NCBI GenBank assembly: GCA_965601925.1
Contig: OZ271854.1
Location: 4,463,604 to 4,527,603, forward strand
Origin: Alkalispirochaeta sp.
Lineage (GTDB): Bacteria; Spirochaetota; Spirochaetia; DSM-27196; Alkalispirochaetaceae
Length of the DNA: 64,000 nucleotides
Direction of reading: 5' to 3'
The notes beneath the pieces were generated by a model that worked only from the letters and a program-made list of their open reading frames with translations, did no database searches and was not told where the DNA came from. Shown here piece after piece: positions 26,911-35,336 of this stretch. The position numbers and the translations under genes are program-made. Each line of letters starts with the position of its first letter. The stretch's first letter is position 1.

Positions 26911-27687
26911 ATGTTCGGGTTTTTGATAAAAAAAGCGTTCTTCGATCTGTGGGATAACTTCCTTCCGGCGATCCTCGTCAATCTGGGATTCATCGCCGTA
27001 TTGGCGGTACCGATACTGCTTCCGCCCGTTGTCGGAGCGGCGGGCGCGGCATTCGGCTTTGTCGTGCTCGCCGTCGGAGTAGTCGTCGGAATCGTCTACT
27101 TGGGGGGAGTATTCGGAATCGCCGGGGAGATCACCGATTATCAGAGCTTGGAGTGGCGTTCCTTTTTTACGCCGTTGCGATCGTGGCTTCCGGCGACGTT
27201 GACGCTGGGAGGGATCACCGTAGTGCATGCGGCGTTACTCGCCGTGGCGATTCCCGTGTACAGCGCCATGAACAACCTGTTCGGTCTCTTTGCGATCGCC
27301 GTACTGTTTTGGATGTCCGTTATCTGGTGGCTCAGCGCGCAGTTTTTTCTTCCCGTGCGAGGCCGCCTGAATACGAACCCCGTAAAAGTATTACGAAAGT
27401 CGTTCATCCTATCGTTCGACAACACCGGTTTCACCATCGCTCTCGCCTTGGGAGGCGTGGTGATTCTCGCCGTTTCGTTCTTTACCGCCTTCCTGATTCC
27501 CGGCGTGGCCGGACTCGCCATCTGGTATCAAGCGGCGGTGAAACTACGTCTCTATAAGTACGATTATCTCGAAGAGCACCCCGAGGCGTCTCGCAAGGAT
27601 ATTCCCTGGGATGCCCTTCTCTACGACGATCGGGAACGCGTCGGAAAGCGTACCCTCAAGGGCATGATCTTTCCGTGGAAGGAATAG
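26911..27687 (+). CDS. Conserved hypothetical membrane protein
   Basis: MFGFLIKKAFFDLWDNF..., about 6 TM, C-terminal IPWDALLYDDRERVGKRTLKGMIFPWKE. Confidence 0.75.
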   Translation: MFGFLIKKAFFDLWDNFLPAILVNLGFIAVLAVPILLPPVVGAAGAAFGFVVLAVGVVVGIVYLGGVFGIAGEITDYQSLEWRSFFTPLRSWLPATLTLGGITVVHAALLAVAIPVYSAMNNLFGLFAIAVLFWMSVIWWLSAQFFLPVRGRLNTNPVKVLRKSFILSFDNTGFTIALALGGVVILAVSFFTAFLIPGVAGLAIWYQAAVKLRLYKYDYLEEHPEASRKDIPWDALLYDDRERVGKRTLKGMIFPWKE

Positions 27688-27708
27688 GGTCGACGATGTC
27701 GCTCCACA

Positions 27709-28485
27709 CTACTCCCTCGTCGCCGCGTCGGGCTCACCGTCGGTATCGGACTCACCCGTCGTAGCCGGCTCGGTCTCCACGCGGCTCTCGCCCTCGGTTG
27801 GTGTGAGGTAGCGTACCGCGAGGTACAGCACCGGCGTATCGGCGAGGGCAACGATCGCCTTAAAGAGATAGGTCGTGATCACGATCTGGATCAGCACCGG
27901 AACCGAAAATACTCCGAGGAAGGCCACCAACGTGAATATGACGCTGTCGATGAGCTGACTGACGATGGTACTGAGATTGTTCCTAATCCATAGCGGCCCG
28001 GGGAAACGCTCGCGCCATAGGTGATACGCCCATACGTCGTGCGCCTGACTCACGAGATATGCCGCGAGGCTCGCTACCGCAATGCGCGGCAACACACCGA
28101 ACACGTTCGAAAGGGCGCCGTGCATGACATCGGACGGAGCAGGCTCAAAGAGAAGCGCCAGCTGCATGAGCACGGTTACGGTCACGATCGCGAAAAAACC
28201 CACGGCGATTCCCTTGCGTGCCGCGCGTTTGCCGTACCGCTCCGAGAGAATATCGGTTGCAAGGAACGATCCGGCATACACGATGTTTCCAAGCGTCGCC
28301 GTTAACCCGAGGATTTCGACCGTTTTGCTCACTTGTATGTTCGCCACGACACCCGCGAGGGCGATCCACACGTACAAACCGGCGCGACCGAGAAACCGAT
28401 ATACCAAGAGAATCGCGGCGAAATTAACGATGAGCATGACGGCCCATAACACCTCGTTGGCGACAAGCGCGTTTACGATATCCAC
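27709..28485 (-). CDS. Queuosine precursor transporter (YhhQ/QPTR, VUT family)
   Basis: VANIQVSK, GNIVYAGSFLATDILSERYG, RIAVASLAAYLVSQAHDV, LWIRNNLSTIVSQLIDS. Confidence 0.88.
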   Translation of the reverse strand: MDIVNALVANEVLWAVMLIVNFAAILLVYRFLGRAGLYVWIALAGVVANIQVSKTVEILGLTATLGNIVYAGSFLATDILSERYGKRAARKGIAVGFFAIVTVTVLMQLALLFEPAPSDVMHGALSNVFGVLPRIAVASLAAYLVSQAHDVWAYHLWRERFPGPLWIRNNLSTIVSQLIDSVIFTLVAFLGVFSVPVLIQIVITTYLFKAIVALADTPVLYLAVRYLTPTEGESRVETEPATTGESDTDGEPDAATRE

Positions 28486-29609
28486 AATTCCTCCTGAGAA
28501 AAGTCGACGGGTCGTCGGTTATCGGCGAGACGACGGCCGAGAAAGTCGGTATCGAGTTGAAGACGCCGCACGATGCGTCGCAACAGAAGTTCGCTGATCA
28601 AGTTTTGCTCGGCAAAGAGAAACACGAGTGCGCGTTCGGCCAGACACGGAACGTTGAGTGCGTTACGACTCAAGCGGTCCGACTCGCCGTCGCCCGGGTG
28701 GTGTTCGGCGAGCCACTCTCCGAGTCGGGATTGTGGGGGACGGTGTTTCAGGGAGGCGAGCTCCTCCTCCAACTCGTCGGCGTTCCCGGCGGCGGCGCGC
28801 TCTCCCAGGGGCTTGAGGACGAGATAGGTGTAATCCTTCCCCGGAAGAATGTGATGCTCGCCGCAGCGCGTGGCGTAATTGGGCTCACGCTCGTCGACGC
28901 TGGCGCGATCCCCGCCGATAATGATCAACGGGTCGAAGTAGACCGCCGGACACTCCTCGCCGTCGACTACGTAGTACCGATAGGTATAGCTCGAATCGGT
29001 GAGGCACGTGCGGTGCTCGCAGTACGCCGACAGGGGAAAGGCGTCGGAGGCGATTTCGAGTAAGAGGCTCGCGGTCGTATTAAACACGGCATTACGAAAG
29101 TTCAGAATGAGCGTCGGCAGGACGAACACCAGACCGCGCGACGAGGAGAGACGCTGAATGACGTAGGCGATACGCTCGTCGTAGAACGATGCCTCGTCGA
29201 TGATCCAGGTCCCCACCTCGGGGTGCTTCGCCACCAGATCCTCCAACTCAAACGACGAGCCGATATCGGCAATAGAGGCGCCGAGTTGCTCGTAGCCGCC
29301 GCGATACGCGAGGGCGTCCTCGGGATACTCGGAGAAGCGACGTCGATCCAGACGGGAGCGTACGAAAAAGACGCGTCTAAGGTCCGCACCGTCGACGGTG
29401 GTACAGCCCCGTATCGCACGATCCTTGGAGAGAGCTACTTGAGAATCGCGCCACACTTGCGCCGCAAACCCGGTCTTTCCCGATCCCATGGGACCTACGA
29501 CGAGGATACGCCGTCCCGGTCGGGTAAAGTCGAAATGGTTGATCGGATGGTGTACGTGCAGTTGCGGCAGGCCCAGCGTCCGATAGAAGTCCGCGTAGTT
29601 GTCGTTCAT
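28473..29609 (-). CDS. Thymidine-kinase-like protein (long, divergent)
   Basis: Walker A GPMGSGKT, WIIDEASF, LNFRN, Zn-site-like CEHRTC and RCGEHH. Confidence 0.72.
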   Translation of the reverse strand: MNDNYADFYRTLGLPQLHVHHPINHFDFTRPGRRILVVGPMGSGKTGFAAQVWRDSQVALSKDRAIRGCTTVDGADLRRVFFVRSRLDRRRFSEYPEDALAYRGGYEQLGASIADIGSSFELEDLVAKHPEVGTWIIDEASFYDERIAYVIQRLSSSRGLVFVLPTLILNFRNAVFNTTASLLLEIASDAFPLSAYCEHRTCLTDSSYTYRYYVVDGEECPAVYFDPLIIIGGDRASVDEREPNYATRCGEHHILPGKDYTYLVLKPLGERAAAGNADELEEELASLKHRPPQSRLGEWLAEHHPGDGESDRLSRNALNVPCLAERALVFLFAEQNLISELLLRRIVRRLQLDTDFLGRRLADNRRPVDFSQEELWIS

Positions 29610-30325
29610 GCGCGGCGAGGATCTACAACGGTGTTCCGAAGGGTACCGATCTTCTCGATTTCGACCTCGATGACATCGCCGTGGGCGATCGGGCCGACTC
29701 CGGCCGGCGTACCGGTCAACAGTACATCGCCGGGCAGTAGGGTGAAGTTGCGAGAGACGTAGTGGATGGTTTCGGCGACCGGTAGAATCATCTCGCCGGT
29801 ATTACCCTCCTGCACGATCTCGCCGTTGCGACGCGTCACGATGGAAAGACTCTGCGGATCATCGATCTCCTGCGGCGTCACCAAACGTGGCCCCATGGGA
29901 AGGAACGTGTCGAACGATTTTCCACGAAACCATCCGGATCGATCGCCGTTCTGTATATTGCGTTGACTCACATCGTCGGCACAGGTGTAGCCGAGCACGT
30001 ACTCCATCGCCCGCTCGACGGGGATATCGGCCCCCTCTCGACCGATAACGACCGCTAACTCCCCTTCGTAGTCGGTGCGCTCTTCGTCAAAGTGGTAGTC
30101 TGCGAGGATTCGCGGGAGCACGATCGGCTCGTTGTGTCCCACAATTGAGGAGGGAAGCTTGGGAAACAACACCGGCTCCGCGGGCTCCACCGGATCAAAA
30201 CCGCGCACCTTAACCGATACACTCTCTTTAATGTGTTCGCGATAGTTAAGCCCCAGTGCGATTACCTTGCTCGGAGTCAACTGATAGACCCCGCCTGAAT
30301 AAGTCAGTTCAAGAGCACGTTTCAT
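29606..30325 (-). CDS. Fumarylacetoacetate hydrolase family protein
   Basis: GLNYREH, DYEGELAVVIG, DDVSQR, GKSFDTF, GDVLLTGTPAGVG. Confidence 0.92.
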   Translation of the reverse strand: MKRALELTYSGGVYQLTPSKVIALGLNYREHIKESVSVKVRGFDPVEPAEPVLFPKLPSSIVGHNEPIVLPRILADYHFDEERTDYEGELAVVIGREGADIPVERAMEYVLGYTCADDVSQRNIQNGDRSGWFRGKSFDTFLPMGPRLVTPQEIDDPQSLSIVTRRNGEIVQEGNTGEMILPVAETIHYVSRNFTLLPGDVLLTGTPAGVGPIAHGDVIEVEIEKIGTLRNTVVDPRRA

Positions 30326-30348
30326 GTCGATGAGTCTATGGCGTATGC

Positions 30349-31002
30349 CTACGGAAGCTCAATGGGAACCGGCTCGCCGAGGAAGCGCGGACCGGTACCG
30401 AATACGTACACGTCGAGGACGGCTTGCACCCGAGCGGCATATTCTCTCAATCGCACGCTGAGATAGGCCCTGCCGGTCACATCCTCAGCTGCGAATCCGA
30501 CCGCGTTAATACCGAACGCGTCGGCCAAAAAAAGCGCCCGTTCCACATGAAATCGTTGCGAAACGATAATGAAGTTGTCTTGTCCGAACACTTCATGCAT
30601 CCGAACGACCGAGTCCAAGGTTCTGAATCCCGCGTAATCCTGTACGATCCGCTCTGCGGGCACGCCGCGCTCGGTGAGCGCATCGGTCATTTGCGCCGGC
30701 TCGTTGTAATTCGTATGGGAGTTGTCTCCGCTGGCGACTACGACGTCGGCGCGTCCACTCTCAATTAATGTGGCGGCGGCCCGTACACGACGTTCAAAAA
30801 ACGGATTGGGTCGCCCGGACCGGCTGAAACGGCTGGTACCGAGAAGCAGCACGGCATCGTGATCGGAGAGCTCACGATAATCCGAATAGATACGGTCCGC
30901 CGCGGCGTTGCGCACCATGCTGTGGGATAGAAAGACCACGATGAGAAGGAGAAAGCATCCATATTTCACGACGTGGCGTACAACTGAGAAAAAACGATTC
31001 AT
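30349..31002 (-). CDS. sanA: SanA/YdcF (ElyC-like) family protein
   Basis: LLLGTS, VASGDN..NYNEP, DYAGFRTLDSVVR, VSQRFHVERALFLA, RLREYAAR. Confidence 0.85.
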   Translation of the reverse strand: MNRFFSVVRHVVKYGCFLLLIVVFLSHSMVRNAAADRIYSDYRELSDHDAVLLLGTSRFSRSGRPNPFFERRVRAAATLIESGRADVVVASGDNSHTNYNEPAQMTDALTERGVPAERIVQDYAGFRTLDSVVRMHEVFGQDNFIIVSQRFHVERALFLADAFGINAVGFAAEDVTGRAYLSVRLREYAARVQAVLDVYVFGTGPRFLGEPVPIELP

Positions 31003-31065
31003 GCAATAGTGCGGACGTTTGGAGATAACGAACGAGGCGAAGGAGAGTCGGTCGCTATATCCTCC

Positions 31066-31785
31066 TCACCCTCCATGTTCACGCATATTGAGGATCGCAT
31101 CTATCGCCCGCCGGCGCACGGATCGAATGTAGGCGCTTGAAGCGGTCTCGAGCATGACGCTGATTACCTCGGCGTCGGGGAGTCCGCCGTTGGCCTCCGA
31201 AAGGCGCTCGAGGGAGATGATCAAGGAGAATGCCAGATTGTTATCCGGCGTCGGACTGGCGTTTTCACGCAGGAGCGCCTGCACCAAATGGTCGGAGACT
31301 TCATTGTTGTCGTTGATACCGATTTGGCCCAACGCATACGCCGCCTCGGCGAGCACCATCGGTTCGGGATCGTCGCGGATGACTCTGACAAGGGAGTTTT
31401 TCGCCTGCTCTCCCCCGACTTCACCGAGCAACGCGGTCGCCTGTCGACGAATCTCGGGGAAATTATTGATGACTGCGCCGTTGGAACGTACCTGTCTCGC
31501 GGTACCTTCCGTCGCAAGGGATTCGAGAATGATGTATACGTCCTGCGACTGGTTGCCGCCTTGGACCAACTCTCGAATGGTCTGGAGGGCGAGAAGCTTC
31601 ACTTCGCGGTCGGTGGATAGAGCTTGGCTACGCATGATCTGGAGTTCCAGATCTTGACTCAAATAGAGCTCTTCGATCGTTCGCGCCGCGCCGTCCCCAT
31701 CTTCTTCCTGCGCGACGGCGGGAAAGACCACACCGACAGCCAACAAAAGCACAATCATTTTCTTCATCATTGACACCTCGTTCAC
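31066..31785 (-). CDS. Exported HEAT-repeat protein
   Basis: Signal peptide; IRRQATALLGEVG, EPMVLAEAAYALGQIG. Start is GTG 31785 or ATG 31770. Confidence 0.8.
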   Translation of the reverse strand: MNEVSMMKKMIVLLLAVGVVFPAVAQEEDGDGAARTIEELYLSQDLELQIMRSQALSTDREVKLLALQTIRELVQGGNQSQDVYIILESLATEGTARQVRSNGAVINNFPEIRRQATALLGEVGGEQAKNSLVRVIRDDPEPMVLAEAAYALGQIGINDNNEVSDHLVQALLRENASPTPDNNLAFSLIISLERLSEANGGLPDAEVISVMLETASSAYIRSVRRRAIDAILNMREHGG

Positions 31786-31799
31786 GCTCAGACTATACC

Positions 31800-32438
31800 C
31801 TAAAATATATCAATCTTCCAGCGGTCGCCCTCTTTTTTAAGAAGGTACAGAAGGTAGCGTTGATCTCCAACCTCCATTATCGCCTCTACCGTCTCCTCGT
31901 CTCGAAAGACCAAATCGTCGAGTCGAGCATTTGACCGGCTCGGTACGACAACGTAGCGGAAAAAATCTTCCAAACTTCGAAGACGGATATTGTTTCTGAG
32001 AAGGATTGCCGCCTGAGAACTCCGTGCCAGAACATCGGGATCCGAATATGTCCGACGATATCCCTCGGTGAGATATCGTTGCCACTGTTCGAAGTTACGA
32101 TCGGCGATAATCTGATTCAATTCGGCGATCGTCATCTCGACTTCGGTAAAGGTCTGATCGTAAAGCTCTTCGGAAACCTCTATCGGCCCCGGCTCTTCGA
32201 CCTCTTCCAGGACTACCGACTCCTCGGTGTCCGGCTCCGGCTCGACGGGTTCGGGCTCTACGACCGGTTCCGGCTCGCTCTCTTCAGTCGCGACCGGCTC
32301 GGAGAGCGATTCCGACGGAGCCGACTCATCGACGGTCGGGGAGTCATCCACGGTCTCCGGAGCGCCGACGCACCCGCCGAGTAGCACGACCAGGAAAGCG
32401 GCCATCACCATGACGGAACGGCGGATGCTCTCTTTCAT
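31800..32438 (-). CDS. Hypothetical lipoprotein
   Basis: Lipobox LLGGC, acidic Pro/Glu linker, C-terminal domain ending LKKEGDRWKI. Confidence 0.75.
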   Translation of the reverse strand: MKESIRRSVMVMAAFLVVLLGGCVGAPETVDDSPTVDESAPSESLSEPVATEESEPEPVVEPEPVEPEPDTEESVVLEEVEEPGPIEVSEELYDQTFTEVEMTIAELNQIIADRNFEQWQRYLTEGYRRTYSDPDVLARSSQAAILLRNNIRLRSLEDFFRYVVVPSRSNARLDDLVFRDEETVEAIMEVGDQRYLLYLLKKEGDRWKIDIF

Positions 32439-32445
32439 GGGCGTT

Positions 32446-32512
32446 AGTGTAGTCGGGAGCGGGAAACGCTGTCAATTTGTATATTGCTTAGGTTGGATAC
32501 AAGCCCTACAAT
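32446..32512. promoter_or_regulatory. Divergent promoter pair
   Basis: Minus: TTGACA (32475-32470), 18 nt, TACACT (32451-32446), 7 nt, ATG. Plus: TTGCTT (32484-32489), 17 nt, TACAAT (32507-32512). Confidence 0.6.
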
Positions 32513-32528
32513 TCTCCGAGAGGTAGAG

Positions 32529-34475
32529 ATGGCGTCAGTACAGGACATACGACGAATACTCCATACCTATGTAAAACACACCGGAAACCCTCGCGTCTCC
32601 TTCGAGGTGTTTACGCAGTTCGCGGCGCGTTTTGCAAAACGGTATTCCGCCGGGCATCCCGATCTGGCGCCGCTCACGACCGGAAGCGCTCCGGCGATCG
32701 TCAAGGAGCATTTGGAGCAGCTGGAGAGCGACGGCTCGGTACAGATGGAAAAAAGTGAGGACGACGCGGTCGTCTCGCTCTACTATCCCGCTTTTTACAC
32801 GACCGAGATCGAACGGTGGTATCACGCTATGCAAGAGGACAGGGAGGTTTCCTTTCCCAGCGAAGAGCATTTGGGGCTGACTATCCCGTCAAACGTCCTG
32901 GAAACGATAAACGTTGCCGACGATCTGATGTATTGGCTTCAGACTCCCGGCGAAAACCTCGACCAGATTCTGCTACTCAAGTACCCGGACGGCATTCGTC
33001 CCGTCGTCACGACGGTCAAATTATTGCGAGAGACCATGCTCCCGCTCGTGGTCGGCAAGATCCGAGATTACTTGCGGATGGATAGAAACGGCAGCTACAT
33101 GGAAACGAAGTTGCGTTCCATTTTTCGCGGTCGGGAGATGCTCGTTCATGAAATCATCGAGACTACGCAGGTCCGGGTGGACGACGCCCTCAAATCGGTA
33201 ACGGAACCGAGCGACTTTCATTTCCACTTTTGGACGCAGATGTCCAGCATGATCATTAAAGAGTACGCGCAGAAGGTGGAAAAACTCGATATGGAACACG
33301 GGTTTTGCCAAGCGGCGTACCTCCTGGGATACTACAGCGTCTTTCAAAAGGGGCGCCATCAGAAGGATCAAAAGCGTGCGGCGACCCACAAGATGCTTAC
33401 CGGGCTCCTTCAAAAGCCGCCGTACGTCTTTACCGTCCAGGACGTCTATCAGCTAACCGACGACAAAGGTATACCGCTCACCAAGCTCGTGCAGCGCGAC
33501 GAAATCAACGCGTGGCTGGAGGAGATGCTCAAGCGCCCCAGCGAGCATAAAATCTCCGAGCTCGTGAGTATTAACACGACTGCAAAAGAGGGTCTTATGA
33601 TCCACTCCACGCAGTACGTCCCTCTGTTGCTACGCCAAATCAAGGCCGCCTCGCCCGTCCTTCAGCGCGAGCTCACCGCCGAGATGACCTCCCTCATGCT
33701 CCACGAACGCAAAGAGGAGTGGCTCACGGACAACGACGCCTTCGAACGCGACCTCGATCGGCGAGTGCGCGATGAGTTTTTCCTCCTCCACGGTCTGTGC
33801 ACCTTTCAGACCCTCTTTCTCGTCATCGACGGGCAGGAGCTCCCCGCGGGGCTTCGGCAATCGGCAATCGCACTGATCGACGGTAATCATAAGAAAATGC
33901 ACGAATGGAGCGAGATTCTCGGACTCAATCGCGAGGCGCTGTACCGGGAGGCGCGCTTGCGTCTGCCGTTCTGGATGCTGATACCGGTTTTACGAGGATT
34001 CGTGCGGCTCCTTCGCAAAATGTTCTCTACCGATGACCGCAGTCGCCAAGCGCCGCGCGCCGCAGCCAAGACGCTCGTGTCGTCGAAAAAAAAGCCGAGC
34101 GCATCGAGCGGTGCGACCGAGTCTCAACGAGAGGTAAAGCGCAAACAATTTCTCGATGCGCTGGCCGAAATGCAGAAGGAGTACATCTCCGGCGACCAGA
34201 CCGCGGACCAGCGCCTGAAGGAGCTGCGTCGTCAATGGAATCCGCTCATCGATCCCGCCGCCGGCAATAATCTCGTGGAGGACGTCAACGCGCTGTGCCG
34301 CGACACGCTCCGTAGGATGCGGTATACCAGGACGCTTCAGCCGCCGAACCGACAACGGATTGAGGAGCTGGCCAAGCGTATCGCCTCCAACGATGCGTTC
34401 GATCGCATTAAGCGGCGTAAAGCCTTCGAGACCTATCTCAAGCTCTATATGCTTACGGCGCTCCGCCGAACGTAG
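32529..34475 (+). CDS. Large cytoplasmic hypothetical protein
   Basis: 648-aa uninterrupted ORF with GAGG RBS and promoter. No motif I recognise. Confidence 0.75.
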   Translation: MASVQDIRRILHTYVKHTGNPRVSFEVFTQFAARFAKRYSAGHPDLAPLTTGSAPAIVKEHLEQLESDGSVQMEKSEDDAVVSLYYPAFYTTEIERWYHAMQEDREVSFPSEEHLGLTIPSNVLETINVADDLMYWLQTPGENLDQILLLKYPDGIRPVVTTVKLLRETMLPLVVGKIRDYLRMDRNGSYMETKLRSIFRGREMLVHEIIETTQVRVDDALKSVTEPSDFHFHFWTQMSSMIIKEYAQKVEKLDMEHGFCQAAYLLGYYSVFQKGRHQKDQKRAATHKMLTGLLQKPPYVFTVQDVYQLTDDKGIPLTKLVQRDEINAWLEEMLKRPSEHKISELVSINTTAKEGLMIHSTQYVPLLLRQIKAASPVLQRELTAEMTSLMLHERKEEWLTDNDAFERDLDRRVRDEFFLLHGLCTFQTLFLVIDGQELPAGLRQSAIALIDGNHKKMHEWSEILGLNREALYREARLRLPFWMLIPVLRGFVRLLRKMFSTDDRSRQAPRAAAKTLVSSKKKPSASSGATESQREVKRKQFLDALAEMQKEYISGDQTADQRLKELRRQWNPLIDPAAGNNLVEDVNALCRDTLRRMRYTRTLQPPNRQRIEELAKRIASNDAFDRIKRRKAFETYLKLYMLTALRRT

Positions 34476-35010
34476 CATTCCGCGATGCATCGGATCGCCC
34501 GATATACACCGCCATCACGAAGTCTTCGTGCACCTCGGAACCGACCGCAAACTGTGTGTCCCCGACTATGACGAAGCCCTCCTTCTCGTAGAAGGCGACG
34601 GCGCGCGCGTTTTCCTTGGAGACGGTCAGCCGGATGCGATCCCATCGCCGTTCTACGGCCGCCGCAAAGACGGCGGCCATTAATGCGCGGCCGACGCCCT
34701 TGCGATGGAACGCCGGCCGCACGTAGAGCTGCCGCACATTCCCGGCGGGGCTGCCCCAGTCTTCATCGACGTCGCAATCGCGTATCAGGGCATACCCCAC
34801 GCGTTCTCCGCCGTAGTCGGCGACATAGAGCGCGGAGCGAACGTCGGCGAGGCTTGCACGAAATCGGGCCGGCGACAGCTCGCGTTGCAGATGATATTCC
34901 ACGTCTTTCGGGTTCGTTCGCGGTGGACAGGCGAGCGCGAACGTCTCACGAGCGATACGGGACACGGAGTCGATATCGCCGGCGGCCGCACGCCGCACGA
35001 CCACGCTCAC
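34453..35010 (-). CDS. GNAT-family N-acetyltransferase (PaiA-like)
   Basis: RQLYVRPAFHRKGVGRAL, VSKENARAVAFYEKEGF, F.VG...HED. Confidence 0.88.
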   Translation of the reverse strand: MSVVVRRAAAGDIDSVSRIARETFALACPPRTNPKDVEYHLQRELSPARFRASLADVRSALYVADYGGERVGYALIRDCDVDEDWGSPAGNVRQLYVRPAFHRKGVGRALMAAVFAAAVERRWDRIRLTVSKENARAVAFYEKEGFVIVGDTQFAVGSEVHEDFVMAVYIGRSDASRNATFGGAP

Positions 35011-35264
35011 GGCTGGGACCGTGGGAAGCGTCGCGCCGCCGGATTCGCGTCGACTCCATCGAGCCTCGGCTCGCGGTATCCCTCGCGGCGCGCGAGATCG
35101 TGGAGGATCGCCGGAAGACGCGTCTCCACGCCGCGCCCACGCGCGGAAGAGCGTACGGCGATACCGTCTAAAAGCAACCGCCCCGGCTCGGGCGTGCGCC
35201 CATACAGCGAGAGCATCAAGGCGGCCCGTGTACCGCGAACGTACTCGATCTCATGCTCCGTCAT
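35007..35264 (-). pseudogene. Degenerate GNAT fragment
   Basis: LLLDGIAVRSSARGRGVETRL...LDGVDANPAARR resembles only the C-terminal half of a GNAT, with motif-breaking substitutions. Confidence 0.5.
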
Positions 35265-35336
35265 ACCGCACGCCTCCAAAAGCCGTGTATCGTATCACAT
35301 TACGAGACTTGGATAGCCGCATCCCCGCGCATGTCG

